Shown here in pieces: positions 15,871-25,384 of a stretch of 42,512 bases of DNA. Where the stretch lies: contig PXAI01000332.1 of assembly GCA_003567135.1 (NCBI GenBank), positions 1 through 42,512 of the forward strand. The letters are read 5' to 3'. A program made the translations under genes and the position numbers. The stretch is from Balneolia bacterium. GTDB lineage: Bacteria; Bacteroidota; Rhodothermia; Balneolales; Cyclonatronaceae. The notes below the pieces were generated by a model that worked only from the letters and a program-made list of their open reading frames with translations, made no database searches and was not told the origin of the DNA. Every line of letters starts with the position of its first letter. The first letter of the stretch is position 1.

Positions 15871-17304
15871 ATGAGAATTTCAGATCGCAGAACTAAGATT
15901 GTTTGCACCATTGGCCCGAGTGTAAACACGAAAGAAGGCATTGAGGGTTTGTTTAAGGCGGGCATGAACATGGCCAGGCTCAACTTTTCGCACGGAACGC
16001 ATGAAGATCACGCCAAAGTTGTTGAGCTGATTCGCGCCACAGCACGAAAATTCAAGTACAGTGTTCCGATCCTGATGGATCTTCAGGGACCGAAAATCCG
16101 TGTGGGCCAGATGAAGGATGGCGGCCAGGTTGTGGAAACCGGTAGCTACCTTACGCTTACGCCCGAAGACGTCATCGGTTCTTCAGAGCTTGTTCCCATT
16201 GACTACGAGTTTCTGGCCAACGATGCCCGTGACGGCGATACCATCCTGCTGGACGACGGACTTCTCGAATTCAAAATCGTAAAAGCCGGAACCAGTAAAA
16301 TCACCGCACGCGTGGTAAACGGCGGATTGCTCAAATCCCGCAAAGGGGTCAATCTTCCCGGGGTAAAACTTTCCATTTCTTCAATCACTGAGAAAGATTA
16401 TGCGGATGTGGATTTTGGAATGACCCAAAACGTGGATTACGTTGCGCTCTCGTTTGTCCGCCGCTCGGAAGATGTGCAGGAACTTGTTTCGCGGATACGC
16501 GCTGCCGGATCCAACGCCGGCGTGATTGCCAAAATTGAGAAGCCGGAAGCGCTGGACGTCATCGATGAAATTATCGAAGAAGTCGACGGCATCATGGTAG
16601 CCAGAGGTGATCTCGGGATTGAGATTCCGAGTGAAAAAGTGCCGATGGTTCAGAAGAAAATTATTGATGCGTGCCGCAGAGCAGGGAAACCCGTTATTAC
16701 CGCCACGCAGATGCTTGATTCGATGATCACGAATCCAAGGCCAACACGCGCGGAAAGCTCCGACGTTGCCAATGCAGTTCTCGACGGAACCGACGCAATC
16801 ATGCTTTCCGGTGAAACCGCGGCGGGAAAGTTTCCATTCGAAGCCGTCAAGGTAATGGATCGTATCTGCCGGAGCGTTGAAACGCAGTCTGATGAAGTGT
16901 ACCGAACGCTTGATTTCATCCAGCCGGAATGGCGCGAAAAGCAGATCGTGGAGTCGATCAGCTACACGTGCGTTGAGTTGGCAGAAAACGTAAACGCCAA
17001 AGCGATTGCCGTAATCACCCACTCAGGAACAACCGCCAAGCGAATTGCGAAGTATCGTCCTCACGTACCCGTTTTTGCCTTCACGGACAGCCGGGAAGTG
17101 CGCCGGCAGCTGAATCTGGTTTGGGGCGTGCAGAGTATCAAACTAAACGAGCTTTTTGATACGGACAGCAGCGTTCAGATTATGGAGGATTATCTTCGTA
17201 AAAGCGGTGTGGTTAAAAGCGGAGAACGGATTGTGATTGCCACAGGCATGCCGATTGCGGAACGCGGACGAACAAATATGGTAAAAATCACTACATTTGA
17301 TTAA
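15871..17304 (+). CDS. pyk: Pyruvate kinase
   Basis: RRTKIVCTIGPS, MNMARLNFSHG, MDLQGPKIR, MVARGDLGIEIP and TQMLDSM are canonical PK motifs. Length is 477 aa. Confidence 0.95.
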   Translation: MRISDRRTKIVCTIGPSVNTKEGIEGLFKAGMNMARLNFSHGTHEDHAKVVELIRATARKFKYSVPILMDLQGPKIRVGQMKDGGQVVETGSYLTLTPEDVIGSSELVPIDYEFLANDARDGDTILLDDGLLEFKIVKAGTSKITARVVNGGLLKSRKGVNLPGVKLSISSITEKDYADVDFGMTQNVDYVALSFVRRSEDVQELVSRIRAAGSNAGVIAKIEKPEALDVIDEIIEEVDGIMVARGDLGIEIPSEKVPMVQKKIIDACRRAGKPVITATQMLDSMITNPRPTRAESSDVANAVLDGTDAIMLSGETAAGKFPFEAVKVMDRICRSVETQSDEVYRTLDFIQPEWREKQIVESISYTCVELAENVNAKAIAVITHSGTTAKRIAKYRPHVPVFAFTDSREVRRQLNLVWGVQSIKLNELFDTDSSVQIMEDYLRKSGVVKSGERIVIATGMPIAERGRTNMVKITTFD

Positions 17305-17388
17305 TCCCGCGATTTCCTCTACACTTAAATAGCCTTTAAGCCGTTCTGGAAAGTAGCAAACCTCAAAAACTGATCTTCAGAAACTGAA

Positions 17389-20211
17389 ATGATTTCAAGA
17401 CCCGGCGGACAGCTTAAACTGTCTGTTTCACTTATCGTTATGGCGGCCAGCCTGATTTTTCTGGCCGGATGTTCGGGTTCATTACGCAGTACGTGGGTCA
17501 ATTTTAATTCGTATTACAACACGTTCTACAACGCCAAGCAGAGCTACGACCGCGGCTACAGGCAGGTAGAAGGCCAGGTCGACCGGATAAATCAGGAGCG
17601 GCCAATCAGGGCGCACAGAGCGCCGGTACGGGTCGGGCGGGATCATTTTGAGGATACCATCGAACGCGGTGCCGATCTGCTAATCCGATTCCCTACCTCC
17701 CGCTATGTTGATGATGCCCTTGAACTGATCGGGAAATCATACTATTACCTCGAAAACTTTTTTAACGCCGAGCAGAAATTTATCGAGCTCTACACCACAA
17801 CAGAATCGAATGACAAGCGTCAGTCGGCAGTGATCTGGCGCGCGCGGGTTATGCTCGATTTGGAGCGCCACAACGAGGGAATCAGTTATCTGACGGCTCA
17901 GTTTGATTCACCCGAAATAGAATGGAGCCGCAGGCAGGAAGCCGAGGCTCAGATTCTGATGGCTCAGTTTCTCGTGAAGACGCAGCAGTGGGAAGAAGCC
18001 TCTGAATGGCTGTACGAAGCGCTGCCAAACACGCGTGACCGAGAAATCCGTGCCCGCGGATATTTTCTCCACGGCCAGATTCTTGAGTATCTCGGCGAAT
18101 ACGATGCGGCATACGGCGCCTATGATAACGTGCGCAGATCAAACCCGGTTTATCAGCTGGTTTATCTTTCCAGGCTGAAAATGGGGATTATGCTCCGGAA
18201 TATGGGCGATTATGAAGAGGCGCGCCGCCATTTTGTGTCCATGACCAGAGATAACAAAAATTACGAGAATATCTCGGAAATGAATTTCCAGATTGCGCGA
18301 ACGATGCAGGCCATGGGGCGCGCTGAGGATGCCAAACGGTATTACCGCGAAGTGCTCTACTTCAGCCAGCGTACGCCGGTCAGAGAGCTTCTGGCAAAAG
18401 CCCACTATGGATTTGCGGAACTGTACAGATTCGATTTCAGGAATTACAATCTTGCCGCCGCGCATTACGATACATCCGCCAGAAATGCCTCCGAGCCGGA
18501 TCTGCTGCCCTACGGATTTGACGCCCGGGAGCTCTCCAGATCGTTCAACGAATTCGCGCGTCTGTCAAATCAGGAGGCCGAGAAAGACAGTCTGCTTTGG
18601 CTGGGATCACTTGAACCTGCTGAATTCGACTCTGTTATTGCGCGCATTCAGCAACAATACGCGGAAGAGATGCGCCGTGAACAGCGTGAGCGCGATCGTG
18701 ACACCGGCGTAATCGTCAGCGTTGATCCTGATGAAATCGAAGAAGCGGCTGAAGTAGGCTCCAACGGATTTTTGAACCATTTGAATCCGCAGCGCTTAGC
18801 GCAGGTCAGCCAGGCTTTTCAGAGTTTGTGGGACGGACGCCCCCTGGTGGATAACTGGCGCCGCAGTGAAGCAGTTCGAAGGGCCACAATTCTTGCTGAG
18901 GAAGCTGAGGACGAAGAAACTGAGGATCTTGACATCATTTACGTGGAAGAAGTTACCATTGATGAGTTCGAGCTGGATCTGAGCAATATTCCCCGAACCA
19001 GAGATGCGCGCAATACGATGTTGAATGAAATGGCGCGAATCAGGTATGAGATAGGAAACGTCTATTTCGTGTCGCTGGCCATGCCCGACAGCGCCAGAAG
19101 CTATTTCCACCGGGTGATTAATGAGCACCCGAATAGCGAATTTGTGCCGCAGGCGATGTATTCCCTGTCAGAATCCTACTACCTCCAGAATGATCTGGAT
19201 ACGGCCCGTGAATGGGCGGAAAGAGTTGTGGCGGATCATCCGAATACCATTTTCGGGCGCAGGCTGGCCGACCGTTTTGGAATTGACGGCGAGTTTGAGG
19301 ATATCGTGGAGAGCCCGGAAGAAAGAATGCTGCAGGATTATCACCAGCTGCTGGCTTCGCTTGATGCGTCTGATTTAACCTACAATGCCTATCGCCTCAC
19401 GAATTTTGCCAAACAGGATACGCTGACCGGACATGCGGCCGATGCACTTTTCAGCGCCGCCACGTTCTATATTCAGGAAGCGCGACAGGATTCTGCATTT
19501 GCAGAACGGGTAAGCATCTGGCAGCAGGAGAATCGCCGCGTTGAGCGGGAGCGGGATGATTTCACGGCGCTGAGGGATTCTGCGCTGGTAGCCGTTGAAG
19601 CCGACACCTTAAGTGAAGAGAAACTGGAATACTGGCAGGGAATCATCGATTCCACCTTCGTTGAGCCTGATCTGCGGGAGCTGTTTCCTTACACGGGAGA
19701 AAAGTGGGATCTGGCTCGGGAAAACCTCGAATTGCTTGCTGAAAAGCACAGCAGTTACTCCCGGATTACGCGGGTGCGCACATTACTCGATGAAATCAGG
19801 CCTCCTGCTGATCCGTCAGAAGATGAAGAAGTGGTGGAGGAAGGCGAAGAATATGTGATTGAGTCCAATACCTATTTATGTGAGGATCTTGAGTTTACGC
19901 CGGAAATTGAAAGTGATTTGAACCAGTTCTACCGGGACAGCGGAATTGTGGATCAGATGATGAATATGAATATTCTGGAGGCCACGTTCAGCTACCGGTT
20001 AACAATCGATCATTTCGGTACGGTGCTAAACGCGCAGTCTTTGCAGGATGAAGATGAATTTGGCCTGGCAACACTGCTTCGCGAAGCGATGATGGAAGAT
20101 CTCAAGTTTGTGGATCCGATGTTTGAAGGCGAACACATCACCGTAATATGCGAAGTGGACTTCCCGATTTCGGTATACGATATCGAAGAAGAAGCGCGTG
20201 ACGAAGAGTAA
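17389..20211 (+). CDS. Large TPR-repeat lipoprotein, possibly a PorW/SprE-like T9SS component
   Basis: Lipobox LIFLAGC followed by W.NFNSYYNTFYNAKQSY, which resembles (from memory) the PorW/SprE N-terminus. There are multiple TPR-like helical repeats, and the C-terminal third is strongly acidic. The CDS is secure; the PorW assignment is tentative. Confidence 0.8.
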   Translation: MISRPGGQLKLSVSLIVMAASLIFLAGCSGSLRSTWVNFNSYYNTFYNAKQSYDRGYRQVEGQVDRINQERPIRAHRAPVRVGRDHFEDTIERGADLLIRFPTSRYVDDALELIGKSYYYLENFFNAEQKFIELYTTTESNDKRQSAVIWRARVMLDLERHNEGISYLTAQFDSPEIEWSRRQEAEAQILMAQFLVKTQQWEEASEWLYEALPNTRDREIRARGYFLHGQILEYLGEYDAAYGAYDNVRRSNPVYQLVYLSRLKMGIMLRNMGDYEEARRHFVSMTRDNKNYENISEMNFQIARTMQAMGRAEDAKRYYREVLYFSQRTPVRELLAKAHYGFAELYRFDFRNYNLAAAHYDTSARNASEPDLLPYGFDARELSRSFNEFARLSNQEAEKDSLLWLGSLEPAEFDSVIARIQQQYAEEMRREQRERDRDTGVIVSVDPDEIEEAAEVGSNGFLNHLNPQRLAQVSQAFQSLWDGRPLVDNWRRSEAVRRATILAEEAEDEETEDLDIIYVEEVTIDEFELDLSNIPRTRDARNTMLNEMARIRYEIGNVYFVSLAMPDSARSYFHRVINEHPNSEFVPQAMYSLSESYYLQNDLDTAREWAERVVADHPNTIFGRRLADRFGIDGEFEDIVESPEERMLQDYHQLLASLDASDLTYNAYRLTNFAKQDTLTGHAADALFSAATFYIQEARQDSAFAERVSIWQQENRRVERERDDFTALRDSALVAVEADTLSEEKLEYWQGIIDSTFVEPDLRELFPYTGEKWDLARENLELLAEKHSSYSRITRVRTLLDEIRPPADPSEDEEVVEEGEEYVIESNTYLCEDLEFTPEIESDLNQFYRDSGIVDQMMNMNILEATFSYRLTIDHFGTVLNAQSLQDEDEFGLATLLREAMMEDLKFVDPMFEGEHITVICEVDFPISVYDIEEEARDEE

Positions 20212-20215
20212 GCGA

Positions 20216-21325
20216 TTATTTGCGCAAATTTTTTCGCCACAAGTCGACCGATCCGAATCCCTCTGAAAACGCTTCATCCCGGATTCGGGCATTTATCTGC
20301 GCAGGAAACATCGGCCCCTCATAAATTAGTCCGGTATAGACCTGCACAAGATCTGCGCCGGCTTCAAGGCGTTCAACGGCGTTATCCCCGGAAGAAATTC
20401 CTCCCACGCCGATAATCAGCTTATCCGGCCCGGCCAGTTCGCGGATTCCCTTTACCAGCTCCGTAGCTTTATCACGAATGGGTGCTCCGCTGAGTCCGCC
20501 GTCTCCCATCTGCTTCAGCTTCAGCCACGGAGTTTTTAACTTATCGCGGGATGTGGAAGTGTTGGTAGCCACAAATCCGGAAATGCCAAAATCAGCGCTG
20601 ATGCTTACGATTTCTGAAAGATTTTCAGAAGTGATGTCGTTGGAAATCTTTACCAGCACGGGAACCGAATTAAACTCCCTGAGGCCGGAGATGGTTTTCA
20701 GAAGTTTTTTCAGCGGTTCCGGATCTTCAAAGGATTTTCCGTCGCCGGTATTCGGGCACGAAATATTTATGGTGATATAATCGGCCACCGGAGCTGCCAG
20801 TCTGAAACTTGTGGCATAATCCTGAATGGCATCATCCCCCGAAAGATTTCCGGTCGGGGATTTCGCGATATTAACGCCGAGGGGCACCTTCAGGCCGGGA
20901 TCATTTCGAAGCTGTTGGATTCGCTCAACAATCGCCTCAGAGCCCGCGTTGTTCAGCCCCATTCGGTTAATCACCGCCTGATCATCCGGCAACCGGAACA
21001 TACGAGGTTTGGGATTACCCGAGGCAGCGCGCGCGGTGATGCTTCCAATCTCAAGAAACCCGAAGCTGCTGTTTTGGAGCAACGGTATCAGAGTAGCGTT
21101 TTTATCAAAACCGGCGGCCAGCCCAACCGGACCAGGAAAACGAAGGTTTTGCCATTCGACGGCATCAGCTTCCTTCTTATTATCAGCAAATAAACCGGTA
21201 ATCTCCCGTACGGCATCCCACTGCTGGACTCTTTTAATCAGATCACACGCTCTGTCGTGCGCTTTTTCTGCATCCATCTCAAAAAGCTGAGGCCGGATCA
21301 GATGTTTGTAAATCGCGGAAATCAT
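20216..21325 (-). CDS. pyrD: Dihydroorotate dehydrogenase (quinone), class 2
   Basis: N-terminal membrane-association helix region (LIRPQLFEMDAEKAH), then GLAAGFDKN, LEIGSIT, PLGVNI, NISCPNT and GVGGI motifs. Confidence 0.95.
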   Translation of the reverse strand: MISAIYKHLIRPQLFEMDAEKAHDRACDLIKRVQQWDAVREITGLFADNKKEADAVEWQNLRFPGPVGLAAGFDKNATLIPLLQNSSFGFLEIGSITARAASGNPKPRMFRLPDDQAVINRMGLNNAGSEAIVERIQQLRNDPGLKVPLGVNIAKSPTGNLSGDDAIQDYATSFRLAAPVADYITINISCPNTGDGKSFEDPEPLKKLLKTISGLREFNSVPVLVKISNDITSENLSEIVSISADFGISGFVATNTSTSRDKLKTPWLKLKQMGDGGLSGAPIRDKATELVKGIRELAGPDKLIIGVGGISSGDNAVERLEAGADLVQVYTGLIYEGPMFPAQINARIRDEAFSEGFGSVDLWRKNLRK

Positions 21326-21417
21326 AACAATAAAATTAGTGTACGGAAATGTACGGGTTTTGAGGGATTCAAAATGCTGAAAATGGCTTTAAAAAAGGTG
21401 TTTGATATTCTCCGGAC

Positions 21418-21449
21418 CTGTAGGGACAGGGCATGCCCTGTCCCTACAG
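21418..21449. repeat. Perfect 32-bp palindrome CTGTAGGGACAGGGCA|TGCCCTGTCCCTACAG
   Basis: Read directly; there are no mismatches. It lies in the divergent pyrD/folC intergenic region. Confidence 0.95.
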
Positions 21450-21592
21450 TATTGATATTTAATGATATGCGTAAATTACAACCTCGGGTACTACCATGAC
21501 AAGGGCAACGAAGAAATTTAGGAGATGATCGCCACACCAGATCAATTCAGATTCAACATCTAAAATTCCCTCCATTTTCCTACATTATCACC

Positions 21593-22909
21593 GTGAAAAA
21601 ACCGATAAAAAACATATCTCAGGCCAAAGAATTTCTGAATCAGATCCCTTTTTTCGGAACACAGGGAGCCGCTGCGGCAAAATTTGGTTTGGAGCGTATT
21701 CGTGATTTTATGGATCAGGCGGGAAATCCACAGAAAAAATATGCGGTGCTGCACGTGGCCGGTACGAACGGAAAGGGCTCGGTGTGCCACTTGGCTGCTT
21801 CGGTGCTGCAGGAAGCCGGGTATCGGGTCGGGTTGTACACCTCGCCGCATCTGATCCACTTCAGGGAGCGTTTCCGCGTTAACGGCCAACCGGTTGATGA
21901 CGCCCTGATTGTAAAGTGGTTTGATCAGCGGTTTTGGGACGCCAGAGAAGCCGGACTTTCATTTTTTGAAATCACCACTGCTGCAGCCTTTGAGCTGTTT
22001 TACTGTTCGGAGGTGGATATCGCCGTAATTGAAACCGGACTCGGCGGCAGGCTTGATGCCACCAACATCGTACAGCCTGCCGCTACCGCAATTACCACCA
22101 TTGGGCTGGATCATACCGACATTCTCGGCTCAGAAATTTCTGCCATTGCCCGGGAAAAAGCCGGAATTATCAAGGATGGCATTCCGGTAGTTCTGGGTAA
22201 TATCTCCGGTGAGGCTGATCATGAAATACGAAAAATCGCCGCTGAAAGAAAGGCGCCTGTCGTGAGTATCTCCGCCTTTGAACCGGAACATTACGGTGAA
22301 GTGACCCGATTAATGCATCCCGCTTTTGGAGAACTGAATTTGGAGCTCGATTTAAAAGGTGAGATTCAGTCGCTGAATGCTGCCACGGCAGCTGCGTTAA
22401 TTGAGCTTATAGCAGGTACTTTCCCGGTAAAGCGGGACCATCTCATTAGCGGGCTTAGCCACACGGCACGAAATACCGGTTTACACGGCAGATTTGAGCG
22501 GCTGCATCCCGGCCTCGACTGGTACTTTGACGGTGCACACAACGAAGATGCCGTATCCGCGTTGATGCATCAGGTAGGCAGGATTTCATCGGGGCGAAAG
22601 AAAACACTCGTCCTTTCGATGATGTCAGATAAAATAAAACCCGAAATAGCATCTAAATTTTCTCAATTTGATGAAATATGGTATTTTGAAGGTAGTTCTG
22701 TAAGGGGAGCATCACTTGAAGCAATTCAGAAACTTATCCCCGGGGCAGAGAAGCTGACTATAGCTGAAAACGGAACTCCCGAAATACTGGATGCCCTTAA
22801 ATCGGAATTAGTAATATTTTCGGGTTCTTTCTATTTTTACAGTCACATTAAGCAGTGGATTTCAACTGTCGTGCAGGGAAGCGGCACCATATTTTCAGGC
22901 AATCATTGA
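21593..22909 (+). CDS. folC: Folylpolyglutamate synthase / dihydrofolate synthase
   Basis: Mur-ligase P-loop HVAGTNGKGS, YTSPHL..F.ERF, ETGLGGRLDATN, and a FDGAHN C-terminal domain. GTG start as given in the track. Confidence 0.9.
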   Translation: MKKPIKNISQAKEFLNQIPFFGTQGAAAAKFGLERIRDFMDQAGNPQKKYAVLHVAGTNGKGSVCHLAASVLQEAGYRVGLYTSPHLIHFRERFRVNGQPVDDALIVKWFDQRFWDAREAGLSFFEITTAAAFELFYCSEVDIAVIETGLGGRLDATNIVQPAATAITTIGLDHTDILGSEISAIAREKAGIIKDGIPVVLGNISGEADHEIRKIAAERKAPVVSISAFEPEHYGEVTRLMHPAFGELNLELDLKGEIQSLNAATAAALIELIAGTFPVKRDHLISGLSHTARNTGLHGRFERLHPGLDWYFDGAHNEDAVSALMHQVGRISSGRKKTLVLSMMSDKIKPEIASKFSQFDEIWYFEGSSVRGASLEAIQKLIPGAEKLTIAENGTPEILDALKSELVIFSGSFYFYSHIKQWISTVVQGSGTIFSGNH

Positions 22910-23049
22910 TCGCAATTTTATCCCACCCCCATTCCAGAATCTGACAAGATACTGCATCATTATGCGAGGGGAACGTTTATACTGCTTTATTTCGATTGTG
23001 CTAAACCATTGAAATTTTAACAAACGCTATTTCTAACAACAGCAACCTG

Positions 23050-24810
23050 ATGGTTGAATTTACATTTTCAGAGGCTGAGCTCCTTGAGCAGAAGACTCTC
23101 AAGGAACTTCAGAACATTGGCCACGCCATGAACTTGAAACCGGTCACCGGATTAAAAAAACAGGTTTTGATTGACCGGATTCGTGAAAAACTCGAACAAT
23201 ACAAAAATGATATGGACGATTCAGGTTCAGATGCATCTGATCAGGAACCGGGTTCCGACAGCCGCAAAGCTAAACTTGCCCGATACAAGAAAAAAACGCT
23301 GAGCGCCGGCAGTCCCGCCAATCAGGGTAAATTATTCGGGGATGATGATTCTGATGAGAGCCGGGAAAAAAACGGTACGTTGAAAAAAAGCCTGCTCAGC
23401 AGCTCATCCTCTTCCGGTTCAGACAAGAAAAAGCCGAAGCCAAGGCCGGAAAAAAAGCAGCGGGCTCCTCAAAAAGAGGAAGCTGTGAAGAAGGAAAAGT
23501 CTCCCAAAAGCCACGATCCGAAGCCAGATAACAGAGCCGCTGAAAACCGGCCGGACACCAGATCAGGCCAGAATGATAACAGAGGTAATGTCCAGAGAGG
23601 GGACTCAGGCTCAGGTGATTCTGTTCAGGACCGTATTCCGGAATCGAATGCCGGTACGCTGGAAGAGCGAATTCAGGAAATTACGCCTGAACTGGGCGGC
23701 TATCTGATTAATGAAGGCACGCTTGAAATACTTCCGGACGGATACGGATTTTTGAGATCTGTGAACTATAATTTTCAGGCCAGCCCGGATGATATTTACG
23801 TTTCACCATCGCAGATCAAGCGATTTTCACTGCGCCAGGGTGATACCGTTGTCGGGATTATTCGTCCGCCGAAAGTAGGCGAGCGCTATTTTGCGCTGCT
23901 TCGCGTAGACGGTGTGAACGGGAAAATCCCACAGAATATGGATTCACGCCCTGATTTTGATGAGCTTCTGCCGGTATACCCCGATGAACGCTACAAACTT
24001 GAGACCAATCCGTTTACGTACACCACACGGATGATTGACCTTTTTGCACCGCTTGGAAGAGGGCAGAGAGGGATCATTGTTGCGCAGCCCAAAACGGGGA
24101 AAACAACCATTCTCCGCCATATGGCAAACGCGGTTGCCAAAAATAATCCCGAAACCAAGATCATCATTCTGCTGATTGATGAAAGGCCGGAAGAGGTTAC
24201 GGAAATGGAGCGCAATGTGGAGTCTGCCGAAGTGCTGGCATCCACGTTTGATATGAAGCCGGAAAACCATATTTCTCTTGCCGAACTCGTTTTTGAAAAG
24301 TGCAAGCGTATGGTAGAGAGCGGCAACGATGTTGTGCTCCTGATGGATTCCATTACCCGGCTTGCCCGTGCGTATAATATCTGCGCGTCCAATAAAGGCC
24401 GCACGATGTCAGGCGGCGTGGACTCAGAAGCACTGAAGAAACCGCGGAAACTGTTTAGTCTGGCGCGAAATATCGAGAATGGCGGTTCCCTTACGATCGT
24501 TGCCACCGCGCTTGTGGAAACAGGTTCAAGGATGGATGATGTGATTTTTGAAGAATTTAAAGGCACCGGTAATATGGAAGTGGTGCTGGACCGCAGAATA
24601 GCGGAGCGCCGTGTTTTTCCCGCCATCGATATATTTAAAAGCGGTACCCGCCGCGAAGAGCTGTTCGTACCCGATACCGAGCGCGAAAAAGTAGTGCTAC
24701 TACGCCGTTTTCTCACAAATATGTCACCCCTTGAATCGATGGAGTTTATCCGCGATAAAATGCGAGGCACGAGGAATAATCAGGAGTTTCTGATTTCGAT
24801 GAATCAGTAG
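23050..24810 (+). CDS. rho: Transcription termination factor Rho with a ~150-aa low-complexity insertion
   Basis: Rho_N ([24 protein letters not shown]), then a K/S/D/P/R-rich stretch, then the OB/CSD domain ([15 protein letters not shown]) and RecA-like ATPase ([40 protein letters not shown]). Confidence 0.95.
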   Translation: MVEFTFSEAELLEQKTLKELQNIGHAMNLKPVTGLKKQVLIDRIREKLEQYKNDMDDSGSDASDQEPGSDSRKAKLARYKKKTLSAGSPANQGKLFGDDDSDESREKNGTLKKSLLSSSSSSGSDKKKPKPRPEKKQRAPQKEEAVKKEKSPKSHDPKPDNRAAENRPDTRSGQNDNRGNVQRGDSGSGDSVQDRIPESNAGTLEERIQEITPELGGYLINEGTLEILPDGYGFLRSVNYNFQASPDDIYVSPSQIKRFSLRQGDTVVGIIRPPKVGERYFALLRVDGVNGKIPQNMDSRPDFDELLPVYPDERYKLETNPFTYTTRMIDLFAPLGRGQRGIIVAQPKTGKTTILRHMANAVAKNNPETKIIILLIDERPEEVTEMERNVESAEVLASTFDMKPENHISLAELVFEKCKRMVESGNDVVLLMDSITRLARAYNICASNKGRTMSGGVDSEALKKPRKLFSLARNIENGGSLTIVATALVETGSRMDDVIFEEFKGTGNMEVVLDRRIAERRVFPAIDIFKSGTRREELFVPDTEREKVVLLRRFLTNMSPLESMEFIRDKMRGTRNNQEFLISMNQ

Positions 24811-24863
24811 GGGGATTGGTTTTAGATTTTTGCGGCTAACGATGGTGCCGGACCCGTTGGCTG

Positions 24864-24996
24864 CGATGGTAAGTGATGGTACGATCCCGGCTCGGGTCTT
24901 TTTTCCCCTGTTCTTCGTCTGCCCCGGGTTGCGATGCCTACGCTGGCGCTTCTTCATCTCTACCCGGGGGATATAATCATGCCATCCCTTCGGGAT
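24864..24996. repeat. Unit A of a degenerate tandem repeat (candidate structured element)
   Basis: It aligns with 25088-25221 at roughly three quarters identity by eye (cgatggYaRgtSatggYacgatc...gccccgggttgcgatg...catctcNacccgggg). It contains a ~48-nt imperfect hairpin at 24922-24969 and a small hairpin ATCCC-ttc-GGGAT at 24984-24996. Confidence 0.7.
24883..24905 (+). terminator. Weak candidate intrinsic terminator downstream of rho
   Basis: gatCCCGgctCGGGtc followed by six T. The stem is short (4-6 bp with a bulge) and the loop is 3 nt. It lies inside repeat unit A. Confidence 0.3.
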
Positions 24997-25087
24997 TTGG
25001 CGGATGTACTAAGATCGAAGTGCGAAAAAATCTTAAATTACAAATCCGCACGTCGCCGATCTGCAATCGCCCCGCGCCCTTCGGTTT

Positions 25088-25221
25088 CGATGGCAGGTCA
25101 TGGCACGATCTAAACTCGAGCCGTTTTTCTCTGGCCTCGTAGCCCCCGGGTTGCGATGTCCGCGCTTGCGCTTGGTCATCTCCACCCGGGGTTACTCGTT
25201 GTTCGACCCGCTCCGGGGTCG
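25088..25221. repeat. Unit B of the degenerate tandem repeat
   Basis: Offset from unit A by 222-224 nt. The equivalent hairpin is at 25144-25191, and a small hairpin CGACCC-...-GGGTCG is at 25204-25221. A further shared 17-mer, CACGTCGCCRATCTGCA, occurs at 25049-25065 and 25356-25372. Confidence 0.7.
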
Positions 25222-25384
25222 GTTCTGCGACCTGCGATTATTTTTAGATCCCCCAAAAAAAGTAGTTCCTGTTTTTCAATCTGTATCACTCATTTTCTGG
25301 CGAACTCAAAAGCTCAACACTCAACACTGGAGCGGAGCGACATCTTTACTAATCACACGTCGCCAATCTGCACTCCCCTCACTT

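Noticed and set aside
23991-24770. Long antisense ORFs inside well-supported genes. Examples: 259 aa opposite rho, 213 aa at 16381-17022 opposite pyk, 222 aa at 27484-28152 opposite the FAD oxidoreductase, 262 aa at 37122-37910 opposite the TonB receptor, and 192 aa at 1170-1748 opposite the permeases.
   Set aside because: Their composition is low-complexity and Arg/Ser/Pro-rich with no recognisable motifs, and they sit wholly within genes that have strong family signatures on the other strand. These are typical shadow ORFs.
24811-25384. Possible CRISPR array, considered because of repeated GC-rich palindromic segments.
   Set aside because: There are only two copies, about 222 nt apart. They are degenerate (about three quarters identical) and much longer than CRISPR repeats, and no cas genes are present.
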